A DNA stretch of 64,000 bases from a candidate division FCPU426 bacterium (GCA_963771075.1 CAVYSE010000004.1:1-64000); one strand, 5' to 3'; counted from the stretch's first letter, positions 17,501 through 28,260 are shown. Numbers and translations are program-made. The notes: generated by a model from the sequence alone, not told the origin.

Positions 17501-19267
17501 TCAGCCGCCTAATTCCCGGTGGCGGCGCAAATTATCCCAGATGTTACGGTCCACGATCTCAATACCCGTAAAGCGGGCCAAGGCCTGGGCTTCCCGGCTG
17601 GTGTCGCAGGTGACCAGCAATAACCCACGGTGGCAAAATTCCGATTTCATGATATGGCCCATCTCGCTCACCAATTCCTGGTCCACCCGTTCGGAGGCGG
17701 GAAATTGCTTGGCCATGACGCAGAATTTGCCGCCCGTCACCGGATGGGGGTGCTCCGCCACCGCGATGACCGCCCCTCCGGGAGCCCGGCGGATTTTTTC
17801 CACCTGGAAACCCATGCTTTTCAGGAACTGGTCCACTTCGTCCTGGAAAGCCAGGATGGACATCCCGCTCAGGTCCATCACCACGCCCTTCTCGTCCACG
17901 ATGCGGATGGTCCATCGGGTTTCATAGGGCGGGCCGTCCAAAAGCGCCTGCAGTTTCTTGCCGTCCACCAGGTCGACCGCCAGCTTGCGGGATATGTTGC
18001 GCGCCTCCTCGGTGTATTCCACCGTCACGAAATAGATGCCCCTCCGGCAATGTTCCTCGCGGGTCACCTCGTCCAATTCCCTCACCAGGTCCGCGTGCAC
18101 CTGGGAGCCGACGGGAAATTGGCGCGCCAGGATCATGTAGCTTCCGCCCAATACGGGGTGGGAGAAATCCGCCTGCACCTGCAGGGTGCCGCCCGGCACC
18201 TTCTTGACCCCCGTGGCCTCGAACCCCATCTTGCCCAGAAGGCTGACCACCATGGCCTGGAACTGGGCCAAGGGCATGTCGTTCAACTGGCGGTTTTTCA
18301 TGGTGTCGATGGGGACGATCTCGTCGAGGGGGGCGCTTTCCTTCGGTTTTTCCCACCCGTCGTCCTTTTTTTCCACCGGGGTCTCGTACCGCACGTTCAG
18401 CTTGGGGGCGTTTTCCCTCAGGCGTTCCAGGATGCGGGCGGTCTTGCTCTCGCCGTCGGGGATGGCCTCCACTTCCATGCCGTCGTTGTAGCGGAAATCA
18501 AAGGAGGAGAGGATCTTAAAGGGGCTTAACTTTTTCCGATCCAGCTGGACGAAGACTTCCCGGGTGGCCTTGACGCTCAAAACCGGGCCATCGTAGAACT
18601 TGGCCTTTCCGCTGATGAATTGCATCATTCCGTCCACGATGACCGCGGGAATGTTCTCCGAAAGGGTGAAGACCAGGTCGATGACGTCGGCCGTATCGGC
18701 CAGGACCTTCTCGCGGAAAAGCTTGAAATTGCCGTCCACGTCGCCGCCCAACTCGGTGTTGAACCGCTTGGCAAAAAACCTGATCCGCGGGACGGTGTCG
18801 ATGACGTGGACCGTCTTGATCTCCAGCCCGGGAATCTTTTCCGCGGCGAAATAGCGGAACACCTCGTCGAAATTGCCCATGGCCCCCTTGCGCAAATAGT
18901 TGCGCTTTTCGTCCATCCGCTGTTTGATTCGGCGCGCGTCCCACTCCACCTTTTTCTTTTTTTCCTCGGCCCGGGTGGCGAACCGGATGAAGAGACCCAC
19001 AAAAACAAGGGTTGCCAACAACCCGACGATCGTCCCTTCGGCGGGATTGGCCTGGGCGTAGTTCCAGAAATTGGTGAAAAAAGTGCGGATGATGCCGATG
19101 GCGAACCCGTTGAAGATCAGGACCAAAAAGAACAGGATCATAATGGAAACGACGAATCCGCCGATTTTGGCTTCCTCCTCCGTATGGCCCTGCTTCACGA
19201 GCATTTGTTTGATATGCCGGGCGCCGGGAAGCCGCAAGAGCCGTTCTTGGAACTCTTCGAATTTCAT
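17501..19267 (-). CDS. Membrane-anchored protein with two Mrr-like restriction-endonuclease-fold domains (catalytic motifs degenerate)
   Basis: Two N-terminal TM segments; two repeats of F..V..LL..MGF.....GG....HP..GG.......GI..T..EA......I..VD. Confidence 0.75.
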   Translation of the reverse strand: MKFEEFQERLLRLPGARHIKQMLVKQGHTEEEAKIGGFVVSIMILFFLVLIFNGFAIGIIRTFFTNFWNYAQANPAEGTIVGLLATLVFVGLFIRFATRAEEKKKKVEWDARRIKQRMDEKRNYLRKGAMGNFDEVFRYFAAEKIPGLEIKTVHVIDTVPRIRFFAKRFNTELGGDVDGNFKLFREKVLADTADVIDLVFTLSENIPAVIVDGMMQFISGKAKFYDGPVLSVKATREVFVQLDRKKLSPFKILSSFDFRYNDGMEVEAIPDGESKTARILERLRENAPKLNVRYETPVEKKDDGWEKPKESAPLDEIVPIDTMKNRQLNDMPLAQFQAMVVSLLGKMGFEATGVKKVPGGTLQVQADFSHPVLGGSYMILARQFPVGSQVHADLVRELDEVTREEHCRRGIYFVTVEYTEEARNISRKLAVDLVDGKKLQALLDGPPYETRWTIRIVDEKGVVMDLSGMSILAFQDEVDQFLKSMGFQVEKIRRAPGGAVIAVAEHPHPVTGGKFCVMAKQFPASERVDQELVSEMGHIMKSEFCHRGLLLVTCDTSREAQALARFTGIEIVDRNIWDNLRRHRELGG

Positions 19268-19339
19268 CGGTTCATCAACCTCGCGAGGATTGGAAAGGAT
19301 TCGGGTTCATGTTAAAGTCGCCGACCATAGGAGGCAAGC

Positions 19340-20017
19340 ATGGATTTTGTGAAGCGGCTGGAAAAGATCATGGAAAAACTCCGAGGTCCGGGCGGGTGCC
19401 CTTGGGACCGCCGTCAGACCCATAAAAGCCTGAAACCTTACCTGTTGGAAGAAGCTCACGAAGCCCTGGAAGCCATCGATAACGGCGACCCGGAACACCT
19501 CCGGGAGGAACTGGGCGATCTTCTCTTACAGGTGGTATTTCACGCGCAATTGGCGAAAGAGAAAAACCGTTTTAACTTCCAGCAAGTGGCGAAAACCATC
19601 GGCGACAAGTTGGTGCGCCGGCACCCCCATGTGTTCGGCAAGTCCAGCCGCAAGATCAACGACATCAACCGCAAGTGGGAGGAATTAAAACGGCTGGAAA
19701 AGCCAAACCGCCAATCGGCCCTGGACGGCCTGCCCCATTCCCTTCCCGCACTTTTGCGGGCCCAGCGGATGCATGAAAAAATCGCCAAAAACACCCCCTC
19801 CCCGGACGACCGGGCCTCCCGGGAGCTCCATCAGGCCTGGAAGAACCTGCAAAAGGGGTTGAAGGGGTCGAAGCTCATGAAGGAAAAGGCGGCCGGGGAG
19901 TTCCTGCTGAAATTCGCCCAATTCTCGCAGGCCGAAGGCATCCACGCCGAGATGGCCTTGATCCGAGCAACCGCGAATTACGAAAAACACTTTAGGAAAA
20001 CCGAGAAAATAAAATAA
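19340..20017 (+). CDS. mazG: MazG-family nucleoside triphosphate pyrophosphohydrolase
   Basis: GCPWDRRQT, LEEAHE, EELGDLLLQVVFH, RRHPHVF; second domain degenerate. Confidence 0.93.
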   Translation: MDFVKRLEKIMEKLRGPGGCPWDRRQTHKSLKPYLLEEAHEALEAIDNGDPEHLREELGDLLLQVVFHAQLAKEKNRFNFQQVAKTIGDKLVRRHPHVFGKSSRKINDINRKWEELKRLEKPNRQSALDGLPHSLPALLRAQRMHEKIAKNTPSPDDRASRELHQAWKNLQKGLKGSKLMKEKAAGEFLLKFAQFSQAEGIHAEMALIRATANYEKHFRKTEKIK

Positions 20018-20025
20018 AGAGATTT

Positions 20026-20050
20026 ACCACAGAGGCACGGAGACACGGAG
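20026..20050. repeat. Short extragenic REP-like unit
   Basis: ACCACAGAGGCACGGAGACACGGAG just after the mazG stop; related to the units at 3772-3788 and 37792-37911. Confidence 0.5.
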
Positions 20051-20158
20051 AAATATTCATTTCTGATACGGCCGAATTCAAAAATTCAATTTTAAAAGTA
20101 CGACTCAATTCATATCGGATTTAAACCAAAACCAGTTTTCCGCTTTGATAACCCACCT

Positions 20159-20824
20159 TTATTGTTTCGCTTTAAACACATTCATGTCCGGAAGGGCCAG
20201 GGCGGTCAAGGTCCCCCCGTAAACGCAACCCGTGTCCAAATTGATCCGGTCTTTGGTCAGGTCCAACTGTTCCATGGGGGTGTGCCCATGGATCACCAAT
20301 TTGGGGGTGGGCCGGGGGTCCTGCAGGAACTTCCGGCGGATCCATAATAGGTCATCCTGTTCCTGGGCGCTTAAGGGGTTGTCGAGGTTGACGCCCGCGT
20401 GGCAGAAAAAATAATCCGGCGTCTCGTAGGTCAGGGGCAGGGAGTTCAAAAACTCAGCATGGGAGGGAGGAATGTGGGACTGTAGCACCATATGGGCCCC
20501 CTCGCCCCTCACCTCATCCATTTTCTGCGGCGGCACGTAGGATTGCAGGGTCTGCAAACCGCCGTTCAAGAGCCAGTTGGAAGCCGTCATGGAATTGGGC
20601 GTGCCCAGCCATTCCAACAGCATTTGCTCGTGGTTTCCCCTCAAGAAATGCCATTGGGGGGTTTGTTTCTCCAGGATAAAATCCAGGACGCCCTTGCTGT
20701 CGGGACCGCGGTCGATGTAATCCCCCAGGAAAACCACCTCGTCCTCCGGGGTCAGGGGCAATTGGGCGAACAGGTCCTTCAAGGCTTTCAAACAACCATG
20801 GATGTCGCCAATGGCGTAGATCAT
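20159..20824 (-). CDS. Calcineurin-like metallophosphoesterase (Ser/Thr protein phosphatase, PrpA/ApaH-like)
   Basis: GDIHG, GDYIDRG, RGNHE, HAG, HGHTP, LDTGC; ATGA overlap with the MFS gene. Confidence 0.93.
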   Translation of the reverse strand: MIYAIGDIHGCLKALKDLFAQLPLTPEDEVVFLGDYIDRGPDSKGVLDFILEKQTPQWHFLRGNHEQMLLEWLGTPNSMTASNWLLNGGLQTLQSYVPPQKMDEVRGEGAHMVLQSHIPPSHAEFLNSLPLTYETPDYFFCHAGVNLDNPLSAQEQDDLLWIRRKFLQDPRPTPKLVIHGHTPMEQLDLTKDRINLDTGCVYGGTLTALALPDMNVFKAKQ

Positions 20825-22107
20825 CGTTTCTCCGTTCCAACTACAAGTTTTTTCCGTTTTCCCTCCGGGGGAAAGGAAAAGTAATAGCATCCCCATTGCG
20901 ACAAGCCCAGCAGGACCAACGCGATCCTCAATCCCGCATCTCCCTTGGAGAGCCCGTACCAAAAGAGACAAAGTCCCATCAGGCGGCCCGCCACCAATGG
21001 TAACTCACGAAGCGTCAGGTATTCCAGCTTCCGCTCCTGGGATTTGTGCGCTTTCTCGATCACATTGAACGAAATCGCGCTAAACCCGATGAGGAACCAG
21101 GTCGATCCGATCGAGAATAGGATCCCAAACAACAGGAGGGGTATGGGCCCCAAGCTGACCGCCAAAACCAGGGTCGAAACCGCGATGAGGATGGAGGAAT
21201 AGCCCATACCGCCCCGGCGGTCCTGGTAGGCGTCCCACCGGGAAATGACATAGGCCGTCACCACGGCCAAAAAGGTGGAAAGGGTGTTGAAATTGCCCAC
21301 GGCCAGTTCGTTGTTCCAGGCTTTGTAAACGAAAAGACTGGTCACAAACCAGAAGACCCCGCTGCGGATTCCCGAAAAAAACCAAGCGGTCAGGAGGAAT
21401 TTGTAATCCTTTCCCCAAGGCAGACGCAAAACCTTCCGGACATTGAAATCCTTCGTCTCATGGGGAACCTTCAACCGGAAACTTTGCGCGATGAGGCCCA
21501 GGTAGATCAGGAGGGTAAAGCCGAAAATGAGGTAATAGCCCAAAAGGGAGCCGTTGGAAGGGGCCGGGCCCGTATTGAAGGAAGCGATGACCCAGCCCGC
21601 GAGCATGGGGGCGGGGATCTTGAGGATGGAGCTTAAAAGGACATAGAGGGAGAAGAAATAGTCGCGGTCCTTCGCGTCGGTAAGGTCCAGCGTAAGCGCG
21701 TGTTGACCCAGGTAATAAAAACCGATGGCCAACCCGCTCAAAACCCCCAATTCCAGGGAATAATGAGGCGCCGTTTCCCGCAGGAAAAGCACGGCCAGGA
21801 GCAGGAGCCCGTAAAAAAGGAAACCCAACTGGTAGGAAAGGCGGTGCCCGAAGCGGGGCGAAAGAGCCCCACCGACCCAAAAACCGATGGGTATAAAAAT
21901 GAACTGGACCAGGTTGAAGGGGACGATGACATTCCAGTCCTGGTGCTGGCGGAAAAGGAAAACATTGATGAAGGCATAGGAAAGGGCAAAGGTGAAATCG
22001 TAAAGGGCGATCATCCAAATGAGGGTCTTGGCGTTATCGGGCAACTGTTTCCGGACGCCGAGGAACCGCGCCAGGAATTTATATATATATGAAAAGAACA
22101 GATCCAC
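20821..22107 (-). CDS. MFS transporter
   Basis: 428 aa with about 12 hydrophobic segments. Confidence 0.8.
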   Translation of the reverse strand: MDLFFSYIYKFLARFLGVRKQLPDNAKTLIWMIALYDFTFALSYAFINVFLFRQHQDWNVIVPFNLVQFIFIPIGFWVGGALSPRFGHRLSYQLGFLFYGLLLLAVLFLRETAPHYSLELGVLSGLAIGFYYLGQHALTLDLTDAKDRDYFFSLYVLLSSILKIPAPMLAGWVIASFNTGPAPSNGSLLGYYLIFGFTLLIYLGLIAQSFRLKVPHETKDFNVRKVLRLPWGKDYKFLLTAWFFSGIRSGVFWFVTSLFVYKAWNNELAVGNFNTLSTFLAVVTAYVISRWDAYQDRRGGMGYSSILIAVSTLVLAVSLGPIPLLLFGILFSIGSTWFLIGFSAISFNVIEKAHKSQERKLEYLTLRELPLVAGRLMGLCLFWYGLSKGDAGLRIALVLLGLSQWGCYYFSFPPEGKRKKLVVGTEKR

Positions 22108-22126
22108 AGTTTCCCTTGCCGATAAT

Positions 22127-22156
22127 AAAAAAAGGGCGGGCTCATTCGGCCCGCCC
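22127..22156 (-). terminator. Rho-independent terminator after the AsmA gene
   Basis: GGGCGGGC/GCCCGCCC stem followed by a T run on the minus strand. Confidence 0.75.
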
Positions 22157-22173
22157 CGGAAATAACCTTCCGA

Positions 22174-24477
22174 TCAGTGGCCGAACAAACCCTTGACCGC
22201 GTTGCCGATGTTCCCGCCGTTTTGTTGGATGACCTGCTGGGCGGCCTGGCCCAGGATCTGCCCCGCGTGTTTCTTCACGTTGTTGACCAGCCGATCCGGC
22301 ATCCATTGGTAATGGTTTTCGGAAGCGACCCCCGTGAACTTAAAGTCCGCCGGAATATTCCCCCCATCATCCGCGGCCCAATCCAGGCTGAACTTGTCCC
22401 GGTATGGCGCCGGGATTTGGCCCTTGATGGCGTCCGAATTGACGTAATCCTTATGCAAATCACATTCGATGGTCATGTCCGGTGTATAGGCGCCGTCGGC
22501 GTTGATGCCGCCCTTGATGCGCATGGCCCCCACCTTTTCGGAGGTATTGGCGGTATAGGAAAAAACCTTGTTCTTCATGCCCAAGATGCCGTCGATCTTA
22601 TCGAATTGGATCTCGTCGCTCGGGTCCTTCACGGCGCTGTTGATCGCCTTGATGGCGGACAGACCCTTGACCTTGGCGTTGACGAGACTATAGTTCCCCG
22701 CGCCGACCTGGCTGGCCATCATCAGATCGCCGGAAACGCCCCTCCCTAAACCGGCGTAGGCGAAATTCATGGTCCCGTATAATTTATCCTTGTAGGCTGA
22801 ATAATCTTTCTTGGCGACATAGGCGTCGATGCTGGCGTCGATGGTCTTTTGCGCGTTGACTCCCGTCAGCCTCAAGGCGTAGGTGTAGCTGGGGATTGCC
22901 CCCAGGTTGACCGTCACACCCGCCAGGCCCGTCCCGTCGAAGGATTGGAAGCTGGCCGAGGGGATTCGGACGGAGTTTCCCGTCAAGTAAATGACGCTGT
23001 TCAATTTCTCCAGGTAGGGTTCGTTCGGCAGGGTGATGGAAATGTCCTTCAAGGCAACCTGGCCGTTATAGGTGAAGGGCGTGGCCTTGCCCTTGGATTC
23101 GGCAAAGGCCACGTTCAGGGCGATATTTCCCCCGAAGGCGACCTTTTTTAGGCGCGGCACCATATCCGAAAGGCCTTTCAAGGGAAGGTCTTTCGATTTC
23201 ACCTGGCAGCTCCATGGCCCCGAATTGGGATAGTGGAAAGACCCGTCCACTTCCCAATCTTGGTAAATCATGCTGAAGGAAGGAACATCATAGGCATTCG
23301 CGGACATCACGCTTTTAAAATTCACCTTACAGGTTGTCTTGGCGGTCTTGGCGAACACATCCTGGTATTGAATGACAAGGTCGGAAGCGTCGGCCGTTCC
23401 GGCCAGTTCCAATCCCGCCTTCTTGCTTCCGCCCAGGTGGAAGTTCACCAGGGCCGGCCCGGTAAGCGTCAAGCCCGGAGGCATGGCGGAAAGATTGCGG
23501 GGCACGAGCCCTGAGAACTTCAGCATATCCAGGCTGGCTTCCCCATCCATGTTGGGGGTGAGGTTGCCCGTCATGTCGAGGGCGTCGCCGGAGAGCTTGA
23601 AACCCAGGTCATTGACGCTTCCCTTGAGGTCCAATTCCTTGATGCTTTGGCTCGAAAGGAAGTAACGATAGGAGCCGTTCATGGAAAACTGATAGGTAAA
23701 CTTGTTGTAGTCAAATGGCGTGCTAAGGGTAAATTGAGTCTTCCCGCCTTCCAGGGATATGTTCTTAATATGGAAGTTAAAATCCCTCAAGTTGTACTTT
23801 TGAACGGGGGCGGCCGTTTCGTCCAGGTACACCATTTTCCCATGGATAATGTTTAAACCGTCGATCGTCACATTCAGGGATTTCTTGGCGGCGGGAGCCG
23901 ACATCGGAGTATCCGCCCAAGCCTCTCCGATCAAGGAAAAACCTGAAGCCTCCCGGGGACTGGGGGCGGTCCAAAGGGTCGCGTGTTTCTTTCCCTTTTT
24001 GGGTTTGGCTTTCGACTTCGCCTTCGGAGCCGGCGCGGCCGCCGGGGCGGGAGCGGTGGTCGACTCCTGCGCGCCCGACATGTCGCTGAAATTAAAGCTG
24101 TTCAATCCCCTGCGTTCCACGAGGATCTCCGGCTGGTTCAGCTGGATTTCCTTGAGGGAAACCTGGCCCCAAAAGAGGGGCCAAAGGTGATAAGAAATGG
24201 AGATGTCCTTGGCGTTGACCAGGGCTTGGCTGGCCCATCCGGCCCGGTTGGAGATGACCAAATCCTTGATGTCGAACCCGCTCAACACGTTGAAATGGAT
24301 GTCCCCCACGCTGACCTTGTGGTGGATGGCCGCTGAGAGTTTTTCCGTGACCATGGATTTCATCTTGGCCGGCGGCAAAAGGATGGGGATGGCGATGGCC
24401 GCGACGATCAATAACAGGATGAACAGGGCCAACAGGATCCCGCCGCCGACCAGCAGGAATTTAAACAGTTTTTTCAT
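22174..24477 (-). CDS. AsmA-family protein
   Basis: N-terminal TM anchor, ISYHLWPLFWGQVSLKEIQLNQPEILVER...NFSD, beta-rich body. Confidence 0.85.
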   Translation of the reverse strand: MKKLFKFLLVGGGILLALFILLLIVAAIAIPILLPPAKMKSMVTEKLSAAIHHKVSVGDIHFNVLSGFDIKDLVISNRAGWASQALVNAKDISISYHLWPLFWGQVSLKEIQLNQPEILVERRGLNSFNFSDMSGAQESTTAPAPAAAPAPKAKSKAKPKKGKKHATLWTAPSPREASGFSLIGEAWADTPMSAPAAKKSLNVTIDGLNIIHGKMVYLDETAAPVQKYNLRDFNFHIKNISLEGGKTQFTLSTPFDYNKFTYQFSMNGSYRYFLSSQSIKELDLKGSVNDLGFKLSGDALDMTGNLTPNMDGEASLDMLKFSGLVPRNLSAMPPGLTLTGPALVNFHLGGSKKAGLELAGTADASDLVIQYQDVFAKTAKTTCKVNFKSVMSANAYDVPSFSMIYQDWEVDGSFHYPNSGPWSCQVKSKDLPLKGLSDMVPRLKKVAFGGNIALNVAFAESKGKATPFTYNGQVALKDISITLPNEPYLEKLNSVIYLTGNSVRIPSASFQSFDGTGLAGVTVNLGAIPSYTYALRLTGVNAQKTIDASIDAYVAKKDYSAYKDKLYGTMNFAYAGLGRGVSGDLMMASQVGAGNYSLVNAKVKGLSAIKAINSAVKDPSDEIQFDKIDGILGMKNKVFSYTANTSEKVGAMRIKGGINADGAYTPDMTIECDLHKDYVNSDAIKGQIPAPYRDKFSLDWAADDGGNIPADFKFTGVASENHYQWMPDRLVNNVKKHAGQILGQAAQQVIQQNGGNIGNAVKGLFGH

Positions 24478-24561
24478 GGCACCCTCTTTACTCGTTGGAA
24501 TGGCCCATTATTTTAGCCGGAATTGTTCCAATTGAAAGGGACGGGAAGATGACAGGAGGAT

Positions 24562-24592
24562 AAAAAAAAGCGGGAATCCATAAGATTCCCGC
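24562..24592 (-). terminator. Rho-independent terminator after recA
   Basis: GCGGGAATC/GATTCCCGC stem plus T8. Confidence 0.8.
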
Positions 24593-24637
24593 CTCGTTTC
24601 ACGCCGCAAAACCGCTTTTTATCCCCAATTGTTTGAA

Positions 24638-25747
24638 TTATTTTTTCAGCGCGACCTTCGCCTTTTCGGTCGGGACAAAAGCGCTTTCCCTTTTCGGTTC
24701 CACCTTGGCTTCCTTGGGCTTTTCCGCTTCCTTCTTGGCCTCGGCGGGCGCCGGGGGAGGCAGAAGGCCCGTCTTTTCCTTGATCTTCTTCTCGATGTCC
24801 TTCGCCACCTCGGGGTGGTCCTTCAGGAACTGCTTGGCGGCGTCCCGTCCCTGGCCCATCTTGTTTTCGCCGTAGGAAAGCCAGGTTCCGCTCTTGTCCA
24901 CGATTTCCTTCTCAACCCCCACGTCCAAAAGCGAACCCTCCTTGGAGATCCCCTCCCCGAAGATGATGTCGAAAAGGCCTTCCTTGAAAGGCTGGGCGGT
25001 TTTGTTCTTGACCACCTTGACCTTGACGCGGTTCCCGATGTTCTGGTCCCCGACCTTGATGGACTCGGTGCGACGCACTTCCAAGCGCATGGAGGCGTAG
25101 AATTTGAGCGCCCGGCCGCCGGGAGTGGTCTCCGGGTTGCCGAACATGACCCCGATTTTTTCGCGGATCTGGTTGATGAAAATGGCGCTGGTATGCGATT
25201 TGGAAAGCAGGGCGGTCAGTTTGCGCAGGGCTTGGCTCATCAAGCGCGCCTGGAGCCCCACATGGGCGTCGCCCATTTCTCCCTCCAACTCGGCGCGGGG
25301 CGCGAGGGCCGCCACCGAGTCGACGACCAGGACGTCAATGGCGCCGGAACGGATGAGGGTATCGGCGATCTGCAGGGCCTCTTCCGCCGAATCCGGCTGG
25401 GAGATCAGGAGTTCATCCACATTCACGCCCAGTTTGCGGGCGTAAACCGGGTCCATGGCGTGCTCGGCGTCGATAAAAACGGCCGTTCCACCGGCCTTTT
25501 GGGCCTCGGCGACAATATGAAGAGTGAGGGTTGTTTTACCGGAGGATTCGGGCCCATAAACCTCGATAATGCGGCCCCGGGGCACCCCCCCGATGCCGGT
25601 GGCGATATCCACCGAGATGGCGCCCGTGGAGATGGCTTTGACGTCCTGAACCTTGACCTCACCAAAGCGCATGATGGCGCCCTTTCCGTGGTCCTTTTCG
25701 ATCTGCAGAATCGCCATATCCAGCGCTTTGTTCTTTTCGGTTGCCAT
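24638..25747 (-). CDS. recA: Recombinase A
   Basis: [53 protein letters not shown] before ATG 25747. Confidence 0.99.
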   Translation of the reverse strand: MATEKNKALDMAILQIEKDHGKGAIMRFGEVKVQDVKAISTGAISVDIATGIGGVPRGRIIEVYGPESSGKTTLTLHIVAEAQKAGGTAVFIDAEHAMDPVYARKLGVNVDELLISQPDSAEEALQIADTLIRSGAIDVLVVDSVAALAPRAELEGEMGDAHVGLQARLMSQALRKLTALLSKSHTSAIFINQIREKIGVMFGNPETTPGGRALKFYASMRLEVRRTESIKVGDQNIGNRVKVKVVKNKTAQPFKEGLFDIIFGEGISKEGSLLDVGVEKEIVDKSGTWLSYGENKMGQGRDAAKQFLKDHPEVAKDIEKKIKEKTGLLPPPAPAEAKKEAEKPKEAKVEPKRESAFVPTEKAKVALKK

Positions 25748-25783
25748 TGCCCGCTCCTTGTCGTTTGTTTCTTGGTTTTTCAT

Positions 25784-25835
25784 ATCCTAGGGGCGGGTTG
25801 TGGCCGCGTCAAGAAAAAAGTATACACTCGTATAC
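25784..25835 (-). promoter_or_regulatory. recA sigma70 promoter with adjacent palindrome
   Basis: TTGACG-N17-TAGGAT (25812..25784) and GTATAC-N4-GTATAC (25820..25835). Confidence 0.7.
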
Positions 25836-25874
25836 CTTTGCCAACAGCTCACAATTCCAGGAAAAAAGGGGGTA

Positions 25875-26630
25875 TTACAGGAACAACCGGGGATCGGACA
25901 CGCCAAGATTTTCCTTGGAGAAGAATGGCTCGCCTGTTTGGACGCCGATCATGGCGCCGAAATAACGGTTGGTGACGTTGATGTTTTCCAGCGCGCGGCT
26001 CCCGGGCTTCTTGATGAACTGGCTCTCGTAACAGGCCACCGCCTTCAACTTGGTCTCATGGTGTTTGGATGTATCCACGATAAAGGAAGGCTGGACGTTG
26101 GGCCGAAGGTGAGAGCAGAGGTGGTAATAAAGTTTCGGAGGGTACCAGGGATCACCCTTCATATCGGTCTTCACCAGCTTGGCCCAAAACCGCGCGGCCT
26201 GCACCAGCTCGCTCGCGCCCCAGTGGTCGGGATGGGCATCCACCCAATAGGGGGCGAAAAGAATGGCGGGGCGGAATCGGCGGATGACCTGGGCCACGGC
26301 CCTTCGGGCGGGCAGGGTATCTTTGAGTTCTCGGTTCTTGAGGGAAAGGATAAGGTAATCATAAAGGCCCAGAAGATGGGCTGCCTTCTCCGCCTCTTTC
26401 AAACGCAGTTTGTGGTTTCCGTAAGGGGTGGGTTCCCCGTCGGTCAGGTGGCAGACCGCCACCTTGGCGCCTTTTTCCCTCAAGGCTAACAGGGTTCCGC
26501 CCATGGCGATCTCAACATCATCGGGGTGCGCCCCAAAAGCCAAAACGTCCACCCCTGCGTCTTGGGAAGAAGCGCCGCCAGGAGCGACCGTTTCAAAAAG
26601 CTGGAGGTGTTTACTTTTTTTAGGCGGCAT
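25875..26630 (-). CDS. bshB1: PIG-L family deacetylase (BshB1-like)
   Basis: GAHPDDVE, LTDGE, HPDH. Confidence 0.75.
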   Translation of the reverse strand: MPPKKSKHLQLFETVAPGGASSQDAGVDVLAFGAHPDDVEIAMGGTLLALREKGAKVAVCHLTDGEPTPYGNHKLRLKEAEKAAHLLGLYDYLILSLKNRELKDTLPARRAVAQVIRRFRPAILFAPYWVDAHPDHWGASELVQAARFWAKLVKTDMKGDPWYPPKLYYHLCSHLRPNVQPSFIVDTSKHHETKLKAVACYESQFIKKPGSRALENINVTNRYFGAMIGVQTGEPFFSKENLGVSDPRLFL

Positions 26631-26693
26631 GGCTCAGTGAATCCTTAGGATTAGAAGGAGGCTGGAGTAGGCTCGAAACTGGGAAGAGAAACG

Positions 26694-26720
26694 AAAAAGA
26701 CCCCGCTTGAGCGGGGCCTT
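26694..26720 (-). terminator. Terminator after the cold-shock gene
   Basis: CCCCGC/GCGGGG stem plus T run. Confidence 0.65.
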
Positions 26721-26734
26721 CGGTTGGTGTCGGC

Positions 26735-26941
26735 TCAGCCGCCGGCCTTCATGACATTGGCGGCCTGTTTGCCCTTGGCGCCTTGAACGATCTCAAAGGT
26801 GACTTCCTGGCCCGCCGTGAGGGTCTTGAAACCGTCCCCTTGGATGGCGGAAAAATGAACGAACAGATCCTCCCCGCCCTCCTGTTCGATGAATCCATAA
26901 CCCTTACCGGCATTGAACCATTTCACGCGTCCCGTTGGCAT
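26735..26941 (-). CDS. Cold-shock protein (CspA family)
   Basis: [30 protein letters not shown]; 68 aa. Confidence 0.97.
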   Translation of the reverse strand: MPTGRVKWFNAGKGYGFIEQEGGEDLFVHFSAIQGDGFKTLTAGQEVTFEIVQGAKGKQAANVMKAGG

Positions 26942-27199
26942 CTTTCCGACCCTTCCTTTTCCGCATCGGTGATCCCCTGCCCGCCCATTCGATCCCGCCA
27001 GGCCCATTCGAATCGAAGGGTGCCAGGTGGAGATTGTCTCCGGCGGTTGAGCCCATCGCTACTGATGCTTTCAACGATGGAATTTCAGTTTATAGAAAAG
27101 ACCCTTTATTTTCAATCGGTATAAAGCAAAGGTGGATTTTGTCGGGACAAATTTATTTCGGGAAAAGTCGATAAAAAGTAGAAGCGAACTCGGAGGGGA

Positions 27200-28219
27200 T
27201 CAATGCCAGCCCATGAGTCCAAAAAACCATTCGCAAATGGCGGCCATCAGGGCCGAGGCGGGGATGGTGAGGACCCAGGCCCAGACGATGCGCCCCGCCA
27301 CTCCCCATTTCACGGATGAAAACTTGGTGGTGCTTCCAACCCCCACAATGGCTCCCGTGATGGTATGGGTGGTGGAAACGGGAATGCCCAGGCTGGTCGC
27401 GAAGAGGATCGAGATGGCCCCCGCGCCCTGCGCGCAAAAACCCCCTACCGGCTTCAATTTCGTGATCTTTTGGCCCATGGTCTTGATGATGCGCCAGCCC
27501 CCCGACATGGTGCCCACCCCCATGGCCGCGTAACAGGCGATGATGATCCACCAGGCGATCTCCTGGCTCCCGGAGCGGTAGGCCCACTCGGGGTGGTTCC
27601 CGGCCACAAGCAGGGCCACGATGACGCCCATGGTCTTTTGGGAATCATTGGCACCATGGCTCAGGCTTTGGGCCGCGGCCGTGAAATACTGGCCGATGCG
27701 GAAAATGCCGTCCACCGACGAGGGGGTGAACCGGTAGAACAAATTCAGGACGATCACCATCAGGACGTACCCCAGGATGAGCCCCAGAATGGGTGAAACG
27801 AATATGAATAGGATCGTCTTCTGGAAACCCGAAAGGATCAGCACCTTCCAGCCGCCGTAAACCACCGCGGCCCCGCCGAAACCCCCGATCAGGGCGTGGG
27901 AGGAACTGCTGGGAATTCCGAAATACCAGGTGATGAGGTTCCAGATAATTGCCCCAATGAGGGCCGAGAGAATGACGAAGAGGGTGATCCCGGAAGGATC
28001 CACCATGCCCTTCCCCACGGTCTTGGCCACGTTGGTGCCCACCAGGAAGGCGGCCACGAAGTTGAAGAAGGCCGACCAGATCACTGCTTTTCCGGGCGTT
28101 AGGACCCGCGTAGAAACGACGGTGGCGATGGAATTGGCCGCGTCATGGAAACCGTTTAAAAAGTCGAAGGAAACGGCCACGAAGATGATCAAGCCGATGA
28201 GAAGGGTTTCGTTTTGCAT
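27200..28219 (-). CDS. pit: PiT-family inorganic phosphate transporter
   Basis: NGFHDAANSIAT, PSSSSHALIG, HGANDSQK, PVSTTH. Confidence 0.95.
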   Translation of the reverse strand: MQNETLLIGLIIFVAVSFDFLNGFHDAANSIATVVSTRVLTPGKAVIWSAFFNFVAAFLVGTNVAKTVGKGMVDPSGITLFVILSALIGAIIWNLITWYFGIPSSSSHALIGGFGGAAVVYGGWKVLILSGFQKTILFIFVSPILGLILGYVLMVIVLNLFYRFTPSSVDGIFRIGQYFTAAAQSLSHGANDSQKTMGVIVALLVAGNHPEWAYRSGSQEIAWWIIIACYAAMGVGTMSGGWRIIKTMGQKITKLKPVGGFCAQGAGAISILFATSLGIPVSTTHTITGAIVGVGSTTKFSSVKWGVAGRIVWAWVLTIPASALMAAICEWFFGLMGWH

Positions 28220-28260
28220 TCGGGAAAGACTCTTTCGCCCTGTTGATTTCGGTTCCGCCC

